Part shown: one piece after another, positions 32,101-42,009 of the stretch
How positions within the stretch are numbered: the stretch's first letter is position 1
How the letters are laid out: each line of letters begins with the position of its first letter
NCBI GenBank assembly: GCA_019058365.1
Contig: JAHPZE010000001.1
Location: 384,001-448,000, forward strand
DNA length: 64,000 nucleotides
Direction: 5' to 3'
Source: Promethearchaeota archaeon
GTDB taxonomy: Archaea > Asgardarchaeota > Lokiarchaeia > Sigyniarchaeales > SOKP01
Program-made: the position numbers and the translations under genes
The notes under the pieces: generated by a model
What the model saw: the letters and a program-made list of their open reading frames with translations, nothing else
What the model was told of the DNA's origin: nothing
Databases searched by the model: none

Positions 32101-32279
32101 GGCGCAAGAATACATAAACTACAATCGTTTGTAGGAAAAGTTTTATCAAGTTGAGCCATTCTTCCTCCAATCGATGGGGTTTTTTCTACTAGGTAAACTT
32201 TAAAGCCTAATTCAGTTAAGTCTAAAGAAGTTTGGATCCCTGCTATTCCACCACCAATAACTAACACTGATCCTTCCAC
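29199..32279 (-). CDS. hdrA: Large HdrA-like flavoprotein (two FAD-binding motifs)
   Basis: Same motif set as, and close paralogue of, 24660-27767. Confidence 0.93.
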   Translation of the reverse strand: MEGSVLVIGGGIAGIQTSLDLTELGFKVYLVEKTPSIGGRMAQLDKTFPTNDCSLCILAPKMVEVFRNPNIELMTYHEVQKVSGNASNFDVTVLKKPRYIDETKCKGCGDCAAKCPKIETPNIFDMNLGKRKSIYIPFPQAVPPVYLIDSELCLKLTKGVCGVCEKVCKAEAIDYEQKPQEIKLNVGAIVVATGYDVLGEELTSRWGYNYKNVVSALEYERILSASGPFQGHIVRPSDAKEPEKIAFIQCAGSRDLREGVPYCSSVCCMYTAKEAIITKEHSENSQCFVFRHDVRAYGKNFYEFTQRAQSEYGVKYFQTKISRIIEDPETNDLVIHYEDLKIGKFKDFKANLVVLATPLVPSAGTRELAQVLNIELDEYNFFQEKSYYSKSLSSKEGIFLAGFCQGPMDIPETVADSSGVASQVATLLNSFKFTETQEKIVGIPEKAVKETDIPRIGVLICHCGINIGKYIEIPQVIEHIKTLPNVVFCEDNLYSCSSDSQERIKEVIGEYNLNRFIVASCTPRTHESLFQETCQEAGLNKYLFDMVNIRDQCSWVHMKEKELATKKAIDLIRMGVAKSRLLKSQKEEKLKITQTALIIGGGISGMTAALSIANQGFKVYLVEKDRYLGGNLKYLNMLYPTQEDASILLNETIEKVTQNKNIQVFLNSELKDIYGYLGNYNASVIDSDSNVHELKIGTIIVATGGKELKPNEFFEYTYTNHNVITQLQLEQKLKDEDQSWLDKLNHITTLLCVNARQEKGITYCSNICCETAIKNINILKEIKQDLKLIVLYRDLQMAKKEFERYYRERRKDAIFLRYDLDNPPVIRDINGGREKFEIKVFDTNLQENINFNTDLIVLSTPMVPADNLDELAQKLKVPLDKNGFFLEAHVKLRPLDFATDGIFLCGCAHWPKNIQDSISQANGAAGRACRFLSAEEITTSGLIAEVEKEICIGCGTCEEVCSYNAIEIVEVLKKFEEVSLPIKKSTVNSGLCKGCGTCAVNCPVGAISIKHYDFEQINAMIRTLAM

Positions 32280-33001
32280 TATTTAACACTTTCTTATTTT
32301 TTTGATAAAAATTTGTATTCACATCTTTTTTTCAGTTGAGTAAAAAATAAGGAAAGGTAATTATATAAATATTTTTATGAAAAATGATCGGAATTCGACA
32401 TGTTTCACTTTGCGAATGATCATTCCCAAACATTTTCTAAGTTCAATACCTCGTAATTGGTCATAATTTCTATTTTTTGTTTCCGTTTCTAGGAATTATG
32501 CTCATTTTTGCTAATCAATTATGGGAATAAGGTCCAAATTGATAACTTTTATTGTAGAATTTTAATGATAGTCAACTTTATGGATGTTTATTGACAGATT
32601 CGACTTTTTCAGCTATCGTTTTTCTATATTATGAATGTTTAGGAAAAAAAGTTAGCCTCAAAATATTATAAAATTACAAAATAATAAGAAAAATCATTAA
32701 TTTCGATAGTTGTTCAAATCTTCCAAGAACTGTCATTTTAAAAGATTCATGTAATAGAAAATAAAAGAATATATTATGTTGAGTATCTCATATAATTATA
32801 AGACAAAAATTTTAAATCTAAACTTTTCAAAATGACCAGAGATAAAACAGACATAAATTACTTTAAATTTATGACAAAACGATGATTGAAAGAATAAATT
32901 CTTTTATAGGCAAAGAATGGGGTGAAAATTTTTTAGACTTATTAAAAAATGGTGAAAAAACAAATTCATTATTGGAATTATAAAAAAATTTAGGTAATCT
33001 C

Positions 33002-34258
33002 ATGATTGAAGATAATAATAAGATTTTTAAATCTATTAGTGCAGGTGAACTCTTAACATCTAATCACGTAGAAAAACTAATCTGTCGAAGTGAGGCTATT
33101 AAAAGACTTACAGCAAATTTCGGAAGTATATTGAAAGAGCCAAAAAACTTCTCTATTAATTGCCTTCTTATCGGTAAGGGAGCTATCGGAAAAACGTTAG
33201 TTGCGAAATATTTTGGGTACGAACTTATTAGAAGAAAAGCTGTTGAAATGAAAATTAGATTTATGATTGAATATTTTAATTGTATTCATTTCCGTTCAAA
33301 AGGCAATATAATCAGAGAACTCATTGCTAAATATGTACCTCTGAGTTGGAATCGAGGATATAAGCTTAACAAATCTCTATTATTTTCAAAATTAAAACAG
33401 GACAATCGGTTTATATTATTAATTCTTGATGAAGTTCATCTTTTAAAATCAGAGGATATTTTAGCGCTTCTCGATATCGGAAAAAAATATTCACAGATAG
33501 CAACAATAATGATTTGTAGAACACAGGATTGGTTGCGAGTAAAAAAGGATAAATTGCTATTTGATGAAATTATAGAGCTTCGACCATACAATTTCAATGA
33601 AGTTTTTAACATCTTGAAATATAGGAGTGAAATTGCATTCCAAAAAAATGTTATTACTGATGATGTATTGAAGACTATATCTCAGATTGTAGTAGATAAT
33701 GAAAATATGAGAAACGGGCTCGAAATTTTAAGAAAAAGTGGTTCACTATGTGTAAAGAAAAACTTGGATCAAATAACTGCTGATATTGTGAAAGAAACCA
33801 ACAAGGATATATATCCTACTTTTCGCAATGATCTAATCACCGAATTAAATTTAAAAGAACACGAGTATTTAATATTATTTGGAGTTGCAAGATCAATAGT
33901 AAATCAAGACAACCACTACACGTCAACTGATGAAGCTTTTGAGGAATATCTAAAGATATGTGAGGAATATCAAAAACTTTATGACGATAATCAGAAGGTG
34001 TACCCTGGAATAATTGGAGATTATTCTATTAAACCAATTGACAAAATGAACTTTAAAAAACATATTCACTTACTTACGCAACTGAAATTGATTGTTTCAA
34101 AGACAGTTAAAAATGAGGAACCGACAAACAGTAGACATTTAGAGATCTCTTTATTAGATATATCTGAAACCAAATTATCCGTTTTACTAAAAGAGTTTTT
34201 AGATGGAAAATATAATGTACTTGACGATTTTAACCCCGGAGAAAGAATGCCCTTTTGA
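33002..34258 (+). CDS. cdc6: Orc1/Cdc6 family AAA+ ATPase (divergent)
   Basis: Walker A GKGAIGKT, Walker B LILDEVH, LRPYNFNEVFNILKYR, sensor-2 NMRNGLEILR, C-terminal winged helix. Confidence 0.82.
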   Translation: MIEDNNKIFKSISAGELLTSNHVEKLICRSEAIKRLTANFGSILKEPKNFSINCLLIGKGAIGKTLVAKYFGYELIRRKAVEMKIRFMIEYFNCIHFRSKGNIIRELIAKYVPLSWNRGYKLNKSLLFSKLKQDNRFILLILDEVHLLKSEDILALLDIGKKYSQIATIMICRTQDWLRVKKDKLLFDEIIELRPYNFNEVFNILKYRSEIAFQKNVITDDVLKTISQIVVDNENMRNGLEILRKSGSLCVKKNLDQITADIVKETNKDIYPTFRNDLITELNLKEHEYLILFGVARSIVNQDNHYTSTDEAFEEYLKICEEYQKLYDDNQKVYPGIIGDYSIKPIDKMNFKKHIHLLTQLKLIVSKTVKNEEPTNSRHLEISLLDISETKLSVLLKEFLDGKYNVLDDFNPGERMPF

Positions 34259-34373
34259 GGAGCAGAACATTTGTGTCTTTTAAAATTTAAACTAATAATT
34301 TTAATAATTTTTTAGAGTAATAAGAAAAAGTGCATTAATTCTCTAATATTGAATTTTTCACATAAACTTCATT

Positions 34374-34540
34374 GAAATCAGACTCTCAATTTACCATTTC
34401 ATATGTATCCTTAGCGATGGGTAATATAAACATATTTATAAGTTAAGAAGTAAAAAAAATATGATTTTTTAGATCATTAAAAAACGAATAGATTATGGTA
34501 TTAAATTGTTTATAACGCGGATCTAGTTTTTTAATTTGAT
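34374..34540. repeat. Degenerate copy of the mvhD 3' trailer (27-nt motif, 36-nt block, last mvhD codons)
   Basis: gaaatcagactctcaatttaccatttc resembles 43034-43060; 34460-34495 matches 41776-41811 at 32/36 nt; ends in ggatctagttttttaattt (minus strand QIKKLDP). Confidence 0.65.
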
Positions 34541-34645
34541 CTGATCTGTGATTAATTTCAAGTTCAATATGGTATCATTACTAATTAAATATGAAATACT
34601 AAAACTTAAATAATATTGTATACAAATTTACTATGGTAAACTAAT

Positions 34646-34930
34646 ATGTCAATTGTAAAAATTAAAAATAAGAAAGGTTTGGAACAACTTCAAGCCAAAT
34701 TAACTCTAAGATTAGGTCGAAAACCCACACAGCAAGAGACTCTTGATTATTGCCTTATTTTAGCGAATCAAAATTTTGAAGAAATTATTCAAATAGCAAT
34801 GAATCTTCCAATATTAAACCCTAAAAAAGCTCAAAAAATTATTGAAAAAAGAAACAGCCTTGGTGATATTCCCTATAATCCTAACTCGCATTTTACTTCG
34901 GAAAATGATGACGATATTTATAACTTATAA
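34646..34930 (+). CDS. Putative antitoxin of a VapBC-type module
   Basis: 94 aa, abuts the PIN gene; MSIVKI...LQAKLTLRLGRK N-term; acidic DDDIY tail. Confidence 0.65.
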   Translation: MSIVKIKNKKGLEQLQAKLTLRLGRKPTQQETLDYCLILANQNFEEIIQIAMNLPILNPKKAQKIIEKRNSLGDIPYNPNSHFTSENDDDIYNL

Positions 34931-35380
34931 TTGGTGTTTCATGTGGGTGTATTCCTAGATACTGGTTTTTATCTTGGACTTTGTCATCCAAAGGATAAAT
35001 ATGCAGAACTAAGCGAAAAGATATTAAAAGAATTAGCTATAGGGAATTATGGAGTTCTATATACATCCTATTTTATTATAAATGAGGTGACTACATTAGC
35101 TGCCATCAGATCTAAAAATAATCTCAAAGTGTTCAACCATCTGGAAAAACTATTGTGGGGAAGTGAAAAAATTGCAACTATTCTTCCTTTTGATTTAAAT
35201 TTTGAACTTGAAACATGGCAATTATTCAAGAAAGAAAATACGATTGACTTGAAAGAAAAAAAAACAATGAGTTATACAGATATCAGTTCTATTGTTCTCT
35301 GTAATCATCATCAAATCGAATATATTGTTAGTTTTGATTCTCATTTTGATGGGTTTCTTCAGAGAATCTTTCAAGTATAA
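34931..35380 (+). CDS. vapC: PIN-domain VapC toxin
   Basis: VFLDTG, INEVTT, MSYTDISS, IVSFDSHF. Confidence 0.88.
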   Translation: MVFHVGVFLDTGFYLGLCHPKDKYAELSEKILKELAIGNYGVLYTSYFIINEVTTLAAIRSKNNLKVFNHLEKLLWGSEKIATILPFDLNFELETWQLFKKENTIDLKEKKTMSYTDISSIVLCNHHQIEYIVSFDSHFDGFLQRIFQV

Positions 35381-35636
35381 GAATGTCTTTATGTGTTTTT
35401 TCAAAGAAATTTTTATGTAAATCAGACTATGAATTTACCTTTCCTTACTAATTTTTAATATTACATAAAATGTTTCGAAAATGAAGAACTATTTTATGCT
35501 AATCATAGTAATTATTCATTTTTATAACTTCGAATGAGGTTTTTTTATTTATAGATTAAAGATTGAAGAGAAATAAAGAAAATTGTATCGAAAAAATTAA
35601 ATGCTAACATCGTTATTAATCATTAAATGAAAAGTC

Positions 35637-36062
35637 TTGTTTCAGAAGTTGGTTAAAATGGAGGAAATCCTTCAATATTTAATGAAACACTGCTCTTTCC
35701 TATATAAGCCAAATCGATTTCGCTTTGTTGATTCTGGCTCATCAGAGAGTTTTGGAAATGCATTCTTGATTCTCGAACATGAGGATTTACGTTTGCAATT
35801 TGTCAGAGACCGCGGGCAAATATTCCTTGATTTTCAGCCAACAAAAAAACAAACCAAAAGCAATTGGTTTTCGATCGATATTATCAAGCAGATGGTAACA
35901 GGTAAGATAGAACCCTCAGCTGAAATGGATTCTGAGAAAGCAAAGTTCTTAAAAACCAATCTTGATAAAATCGAACAGCTTTTTTCTACTGCTAATATGG
36001 AAAGCACAATTAAGAAATTAAAAGAGTTAGAACGTGCACGTGCAAAGCGATTATTTCCATGA
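35637..36062 (+). CDS. Hypothetical protein (start possibly at MEEILQ)
   Basis: 141-aa ORF; SFLY...SFGNAFLIL...LRLQFVRDRGQIFLDF...WFSID motif pattern. Confidence 0.6.
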   Translation: MFQKLVKMEEILQYLMKHCSFLYKPNRFRFVDSGSSESFGNAFLILEHEDLRLQFVRDRGQIFLDFQPTKKQTKSNWFSIDIIKQMVTGKIEPSAEMDSEKAKFLKTNLDKIEQLFSTANMESTIKKLKELERARAKRLFP

Positions 36063-36106
36063 TTTTATCTGTTATATATAATAAATAAATCTGTCTGTTC
36101 CTTCAA

Positions 36107-37993
36107 TTAACACCATTCTTTATGGAAATCTGTTCCAAATATTCTTTTTAATGCCTTTAAGTAATCTTTATCTAACATTCTACAATAAGGCAACCAAGCA
36201 TCTTTTATTCTCAATAAAACACTACGGACTTCTTCATCTCTCTCCTTGATAACGAAAAAATGAGGAAATAAACTGAAAATATTGCATTCTAAGTATCTTT
36301 TAGCAATATCAGTATGATGATGATTCAAAATAAGATTACAAATGTCACTAAAGAACCCAATTTCAAGACCTTCCTTGAGTTCATCGTCATAATAAACCCC
36401 AAGGAATATCCCTTTTAAATAACGAAATATTTCTTCATAATCCAGATATTTAAAAACGAAATCAAAGAGATAATTTATTTGTCTTACTGTTTCTCCACCA
36501 AGGAAACTAGTTTTTCTCATTTGCGTCGTCCCTATTTGACGAAGTAAATGACTTCTATTTTCTATTAAATATTTTCTGATATCCTTAGGATTCTTCATAG
36601 ATTTTAATCTGGTAATAGTGATTTTCGGTTCTAAATCTGGTTTAGTAATATAGACATTTACGACAGGTTTTCCTTGTCTTAAGGTATACAAATCCCAGGA
36701 TTCCCACCTCTCATAGGGTTGTAACCAACCATGACTCCTCCTTAATTTAGGATCAAAGATCCTTAATCTTCTTGAAGTACTTGTTGTTTTCATAACACCC
36801 TCATCACCTATTCCTGTATAGTCATATTCTGTATAACCGCAGACTACGCTACCAGGTTGAGTTATGTAATTTTTATCTGAAATACCTAATGCTTTCAATA
36901 CAGGTCGTTCATTATCAATTTCTAAAACTATCTCTTCAAATGTGGGGGTTCTGTCAATTTGTCCTCTAATAATCGGCCAATTTTCCTCAATTTCATTAAC
37001 ATTATACTGAGTATCAGCAGCAAATAACCTATGAATACTTTCTTCGTTTGGTGGTATGATCCCATGACATATAAAAATCATATATAATGAAGCAGGGATG
37101 GTATAATCACTAAAACTTCCTAAACTTATAGACAAAAAAACCGCTTTCTCCTCATGAGGATGAACTACCCAATTATACTCGGCATTAAGCGATTTAGTTC
37201 TAAGAAAATTTTTAATATTCAATCCGTCCTCGATGATCTTTATAAATCTTCCATCGGAAGTCCCTTGTTTTTTAAATTCTAACCCATTAATTTTACATAT
37301 TTGTTTTAGTGATTGAACTAATTTATTATCAAGCTCCCATTTAACAATCTTATCTTGTCTATCCTTAGATTTTATCGTATTATACATAGACCAAATATTG
37401 GGATTATCTATTGGTATTCTTTCTAATGTTGAGTCATCGATTATTATTTTATCTTTTATCACTTTGGTTTTTGGGTCAATAAGAGTAATGAGTAAACCTA
37501 TATTCGGATAATCATAACAAATATGGCGGTTCATCGATTTGATCTCAGTTTCAGGATACTCTTTCTCGATGATTGATTGAATTTTTTGAGTAATATCCCA
37601 AGGAACTTTTTGTTTAATCCACCAATACTCAGTGAAAAATTCGCTATTTGAATATGAAGGAAAAATTTCTATAGTTAAAACAGATGATCCTAACACTTTA
37701 CTGGCAGCAGTTTTTATCTTCCCAATTACTTCGTCTTTTTTCTTTATAAAAAATTCGTAAAAAAGGGGTTGACCATTAACATCATAAATCGTCAAAGGAC
37801 TTTGATCATCCCATACAACTCTAAAACCTTCCCATATCTTAAGATTTATATGCATATGTATTAATAGACCTGTGATAGCATGCTCAAATGCAACCTCCTT
37901 ATCAACTAGGTGATTTTCTTCTTGTTCTGGAACTGGGACTATATTATCGAACAAATCTATTTTCTTTTTTTTCATATTTTCTTTTAAAGTCAT
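36107..37993 (-). CDS. Hypothetical protein resembling archaeal C39 peptidase-like proteins, catalytic motifs degenerate
   Basis: PLTIYDVNGQPLFYEF..AASKVLGS, CYDYPNIG, PTFEEIVLEIDNERP, VVCGY, IFDP. Confidence 0.5.
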   Translation of the reverse strand: MTLKENMKKKKIDLFDNIVPVPEQEENHLVDKEVAFEHAITGLLIHMHINLKIWEGFRVVWDDQSPLTIYDVNGQPLFYEFFIKKKDEVIGKIKTAASKVLGSSVLTIEIFPSYSNSEFFTEYWWIKQKVPWDITQKIQSIIEKEYPETEIKSMNRHICYDYPNIGLLITLIDPKTKVIKDKIIIDDSTLERIPIDNPNIWSMYNTIKSKDRQDKIVKWELDNKLVQSLKQICKINGLEFKKQGTSDGRFIKIIEDGLNIKNFLRTKSLNAEYNWVVHPHEEKAVFLSISLGSFSDYTIPASLYMIFICHGIIPPNEESIHRLFAADTQYNVNEIEENWPIIRGQIDRTPTFEEIVLEIDNERPVLKALGISDKNYITQPGSVVCGYTEYDYTGIGDEGVMKTTSTSRRLRIFDPKLRRSHGWLQPYERWESWDLYTLRQGKPVVNVYITKPDLEPKITITRLKSMKNPKDIRKYLIENRSHLLRQIGTTQMRKTSFLGGETVRQINYLFDFVFKYLDYEEIFRYLKGIFLGVYYDDELKEGLEIGFFSDICNLILNHHHTDIAKRYLECNIFSLFPHFFVIKERDEEVRSVLLRIKDAWLPYCRMLDKDYLKALKRIFGTDFHKEWC

Positions 37994-38018
37994 TACAAAT
38001 AATTTTTCTTACATTAAA

Positions 38019-38222
38019 CTAGTTAAACTCCTCTCGAAGAATTGTTTGATAATCAAGATCTCTTTTCTTGAACGAAATCTTTTCTCCACCGTTATAAATG
38101 TTGTTAGTAATGGCGTTTTGAAACATGGACGTAAAGGAGATAGCTATATCCTTGTGCATAGCATCAAACTCTGGATTTCTATTCTTCTTCCTCTTTATCT
38201 TATCAGCAGAATAGGGTTCCAT
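38019..38222 (-). CDS. Short hypothetical ORF or gene fragment
   Basis: 67 aa, same strand and 25 bp upstream of the 628-aa gene; no motif recognised. Confidence 0.3.
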   Translation of the reverse strand: MEPYSADKIKRKKNRNPEFDAMHKDIAISFTSMFQNAITNNIYNGGEKISFKKRDLDYQTILREEFN

Positions 38223-38816
38223 TCAATTCAGCTAAATTTATATGTATTATAAGTTCAATTGTAAAATCTTGTCTTATATTTCTATAGACCTTACCAACTT
38301 ATAAAATTATCAGCACATATATTTCTTACTTTACTTTGGTATTGTATTATGATTTATTCTTTTTCTCTATTATTTAATGATATCAATTGATCTGTCGATT
38401 ATTTTATAAATAAAAATTTATTTAAGAATAGAAACTCATCCTCCACATTTCTGATCTGATCTCATAAAGGACAAAAAAGAAATCTAAATATTAATTTAGG
38501 ATCTTAATCTAATTACGTCATTTTCACTCTAACATCTTTATATTTCTCACTTTAAATTTTCTTCGAAATCAAACTCTGAATTTTTTCCTAAAAAAAAAAG
38601 TAATGGATTTCTCTAGAGTAATTATCTCTTTGAAATTTTTATCCAAATTCTTAATTTTTCATTTATATAGCTAGCTTTTTAAAAATATCTTAAAAATTTA
38701 GTATTTTTTTGATAGAAACATTTAAATTTATAAAATCTAATGTAAATCCTTATAACGTAATTATCTTGATAAAAAACTGAAATTAAATAGAATTAAAAAC
38801 TTAGGAGTGTATTACC

Positions 38817-39383
38817 ATGGGGAAAAAAGCATTATCAATAATAGCAGTTTTAGGTTTTATTATTGGAGCATCAGGACTAGGTCTAGGAGTTTTTTCATTA
38901 ATAAATATGCAAGCAAACCAAGGATCTTCAGGAACAACTTGTGTTGTCGTCGGAATATGAGATCGGTTATATAAAAATAAGAATTATGCCCCTTATGATA
39001 CAGATCAACAATATCTCATTAGAGTAGATGGGATAGAAGTAAATAATAGTGATTATTTTTTCTTAAATCGAACCGATACTCGATTTCATTTAATTAAAAG
39101 TGGTTGGTATCGAGTTAATCTGTTACTTACACTGGTTAGTATTTCTGGAACTGCAGATGTCTATTTCAGGGCTTTTAAGGAAGGATCAACTGCAGTAGCA
39201 TTTGCTTATACATATAATGCTACCACTGATGGAAACTTTCTTACTATGGAAGGGCAATTCTATATTTACAGTGATGGTTCTAATTATTACGATTTCTATG
39301 TTTCATCAGGACTCATGACCAGTGATGTCGCGCCAAATAACGCTTTTAACCAGTTAGGGATTGAATACGTTGGAGATTATTAA
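38817..39383 (+). pseudogene. N-terminally anchored beta-sandwich (C1q/TNF-like) protein, 188 codons, interrupted by one TGA at codon 48
   Basis: Not in the ORF track. RBS AGGAGTG; MGKKALSIIAVLGFIIGASGLGLG...VVVGI*DRLY...FHLIKSGWYRVNL...NQLGIEYVGDY; TGA at 38958-38960. Confidence 0.7.
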
Positions 39384-39459
39384 ATTTGTTGTTCTCAATA
39401 AATTGAAAGAAATTTATATCAAATCTTTATAAAATTAAATTTTTTTTTATCAGTTATTT

Positions 39460-39822
39460 TTAATGTAAATTGTCTTTATAAGGAGATTCCTCAAGAATTT
39501 TATCAAGCTCCTCCTTTTCCCATTGTGCGAATTTCGAATCGAGTTGTTCCATTAATTTTATTAGTTTGGCAAATAATTGCCTCCTATTATCTTCATTGGG
39601 CTTACGATGTTCTAATTCATAATCATTCGCCATTATGAACACAATAGATTTGAATATCCAATATAATAGTTTTTCAATATCTTTTGTCTGTCTTCGTTCA
39701 AATTCTTCTCCTCTCTCGCTAACTACATAATTATACCCATTCTTATCAATTTCAATATGGGGAGAACCAAACCCATCACTAGAAGCACGAAAGGTAAGTA
39801 AATGACTTGGAGCGTTTATCTC
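39460..39822 (-). pseudogene. Imm63-like immunity protein, 5'-truncated (no canonical start in front of the homologous region)
   Basis: Frame is open upstream of the track ORF: EINAPSHLLTFRASSDGFGSPHIEIDKNGYNYVVSERGEEFERRQTKDIEKLLYWIF...YELEHR...DNRRQLF. Confidence 0.65.
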
Positions 39823-40105
39823 AACCAGGTTTGATAATTTCTTAAGAAATATGGAAATTGAAACAGTTCTAATTTCTGGAGTTGTGACGAATTTTTGTGT
39901 TCATTCAACTACTCGAGAAGCATATGATTATGAATTTCAAACGATTATTGTGGAAAATTGTTGTGCAGCCTGGTCTGAAGATATCCATTTATCAATCCTA
40001 AAATCTTTTGGATTAATTTATGGTTGTATATTACCCTATGAAAAAGTTATAAAAAAAATCTCAAGATCAATGAAAAAAGCAAAAAAAGAATTAGTGACTC
40101 ATTAA
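39806..40105 (+). pseudogene. Isochorismatase/cysteine hydrolase C-terminal fragment
   Basis: LGAFISTRFDNFLRNMEIETVLISGVVTNFCVHSTTREAYD; N-terminal half (D-x-Q-N motif) absent. Confidence 0.75.
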
Positions 40106-40306
40106 ACTTATAAGTCCGGTGGCTAGCTTACTTTCAAACTGCTCCCACAATTTCCATTTGGTAAGAGTATTTAGAACGGTAAAGAGAGCTTTAAAATTAA
40201 AAAATTAAAAATTTTTTAAAAACATTATAATTTAAAATACTACTACTTAAAACTATAAGTTGAAATTTAAAATGCAAATTAGAAAAAATACTTAAGAGTT
40301 ACTATT

Positions 40307-40483
40307 ATGAAAAAAAATAAAGGTAAAAAACGATATAAAACTGATGAATGGAATGAGATGAGCAGAGATCGCGAGGAAGACGAAATAGAAGAAGAAGACA
40401 AGGACTGGAATAAAAAAGATGATGAAGATGAGGAAATGGGCGAAAAGGGAGATGAATTCCATGAATCAGATTATGACACATAA
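40307..40483 (+). CDS. 58-aa protein with basic N-terminus and highly acidic body
   Basis: Below the track cutoff: MKKNKGKKRYKTDEWNEMSRDREEDEIEEEDKDWNKKDDEDEEMGEKGDEFHESDYDT; purine-rich island in AT-rich flanks. Confidence 0.6.
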   Translation: MKKNKGKKRYKTDEWNEMSRDREEDEIEEEDKDWNKKDDEDEEMGEKGDEFHESDYDT

Positions 40484-40770
40484 TATCCTTACAATATTAC
40501 TATGGTAGTAAAAAATATATCCCACACATAAAATCTCTTATTATTCTTACTGTTTGATAGCTGGTGTGTAAACATTTCTTAATTTTAACAGCAATTTTTT
40601 GTAAAACAATCTTTACCTTTTATTTAATAGTTTTTTCATCGTTTTCAACCGATATATTTACCATTTTATACATACGCATAGAGATGGATGAATAATACAA
40701 ACATATATCAAAGTTAATATATAAAAGAGATGATATTTTTTAAAACAGTAAATATAAATGAATAATTATT

Positions 40771-40850
40771 TTAAGTTGACCTTAAAGGATCTAGTTCTTT
40801 TATTTGGTTAATGAATTCTGCAATACCTTCAGCAAATCGTTTTCCTTCAG
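40771..40850 (-). pseudogene. mvhD 3'-end remnant (closest to the 24216 copy)
   Basis: Translates EGKRFAEGIAEFINQIKELDPLRST* versus EGKRFAEVITEFTHQIKELGPLRS*. Confidence 0.8.
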
Positions 40851-40879
40851 TTCTTATTAAGATAAAAAAATTTAATATA

Positions 40880-41581
40880 TCAATTTTTTTCAATTTCAAT
40901 TTCAATATCACTAAGTAGATAGTCAAGTTGTTTCGATTTTTTATTGATATTTAACACAGTATCAAGATATACTACATCTTCGTTTCCTAAAAGCAAGTGA
41001 ATTGAACCAGATCTTAATAGAAAAAACTCGAAAATATCAGGAATTTCTTTTTTAATACGTAGACTTTTTGTAGGATATCTCACAGCCGAAATGAATATTC
41101 CCTTTTTATGGATTACTTCATTTCTTTCCAATTTCCAATAATCAAACCTAGTTGCTATCCAAGCTATTAAGAAAATAAAAGCTAGAATGATAACCGTTGA
41201 CAAATAAAATTGATAACTCATTATAATAGTCACCTCGAATGACAATATTTGTGAGATTATTGCATTTGGATGGAAGATAAGAGTAAAAATCATTATTAAG
41301 ATAATAGCAGCTAAGAGCAATATAAAGAATTTAGTTGATGAGGTGTCGAAAGCAATAATAAATAAATTAGCGAAAAAAACTGTAATCCAAATTGCTCCAA
41401 GTATCGGTTCATCCATTCCTACAAAGTATTGTATTAGAAATAATGTTAAAGACGTAAAGAAGAGTGGATAAAAGAAAATAACTTTAGAATAACTCCTCAA
41501 AAATATTTTCTCTTCTCTTTTTATATCTTTTTCAATCTGATCTTCTGTGGGTAATTTAGATCTATCACTCATATTAACCAT
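40880..41581 (-). CDS. Hypothetical membrane protein (4 TM plus PH-like C-terminus)
   Basis: Hydrophobic helices, then DYWKLERNEVIHKKG...EIPDIFEFFLLRSGSI. Confidence 0.65.
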   Translation of the reverse strand: MVNMSDRSKLPTEDQIEKDIKREEKIFLRSYSKVIFFYPLFFTSLTLFLIQYFVGMDEPILGAIWITVFFANLFIIAFDTSSTKFFILLLAAIILIMIFTLIFHPNAIISQILSFEVTIIMSYQFYLSTVIILAFIFLIAWIATRFDYWKLERNEVIHKKGIFISAVRYPTKSLRIKKEIPDIFEFFLLRSGSIHLLLGNEDVVYLDTVLNINKKSKQLDYLLSDIEIEIEKN

Positions 41582-41775
41582 TTTTTTCTATTAATTAGAT
41601 AAAATTTATTTGTTTTGATTTAAATTTGAAAGTTAAATATGTGAAATACTCATATTGTCTTAATAAATATTATTAATTCAAATTATAAAAATTTCAAGAG
41701 TATAATGAGATCGCTATTAGAATAAGGCATTTTAGCATTTTTTGAGAAAATTTCAAAGCTAATAAGAAAAAGAGG

Positions 41776-41904
41776 TATAATTTTTTAAATCATTAAAAAA
41801 CAAACAGATTAATATGTAATATTGCGTGCAACGGACCAAGTTTTTTAATTTCATTAGTAAATTCTGTAATAACTTACGCAAATCGCTTCTCTTCAGATGC
41901 ACTT
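41776..41904 (-). pseudogene. mvhD 3'-end remnant plus trailer (closest to the 43157 copy)
   Basis: Translates SASEEKRFA*VITEFTNEIKKLGPLHA versus SASEGKRFAEVITEFTNEIKKLGPLQV; shares agttttttaatttcattagtaaattc exactly. Confidence 0.85.
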
Positions 41905-42009
41905 TACAGAAGATTTATTAATTTCTCATATGTGATCATGAAAAACCACAATTTTATACCAATTGATTTTATAATATGATTTTAATTCAATTTTTATTTT
42001 TGATTAATA

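Noticed and set aside
32280-33001. Replication origin upstream of cdc6
   Set aside because: AT-rich, but I could not find ORB-like boxes (TTCCAxTGGAAA...GGGG) or clear iterons by eye.
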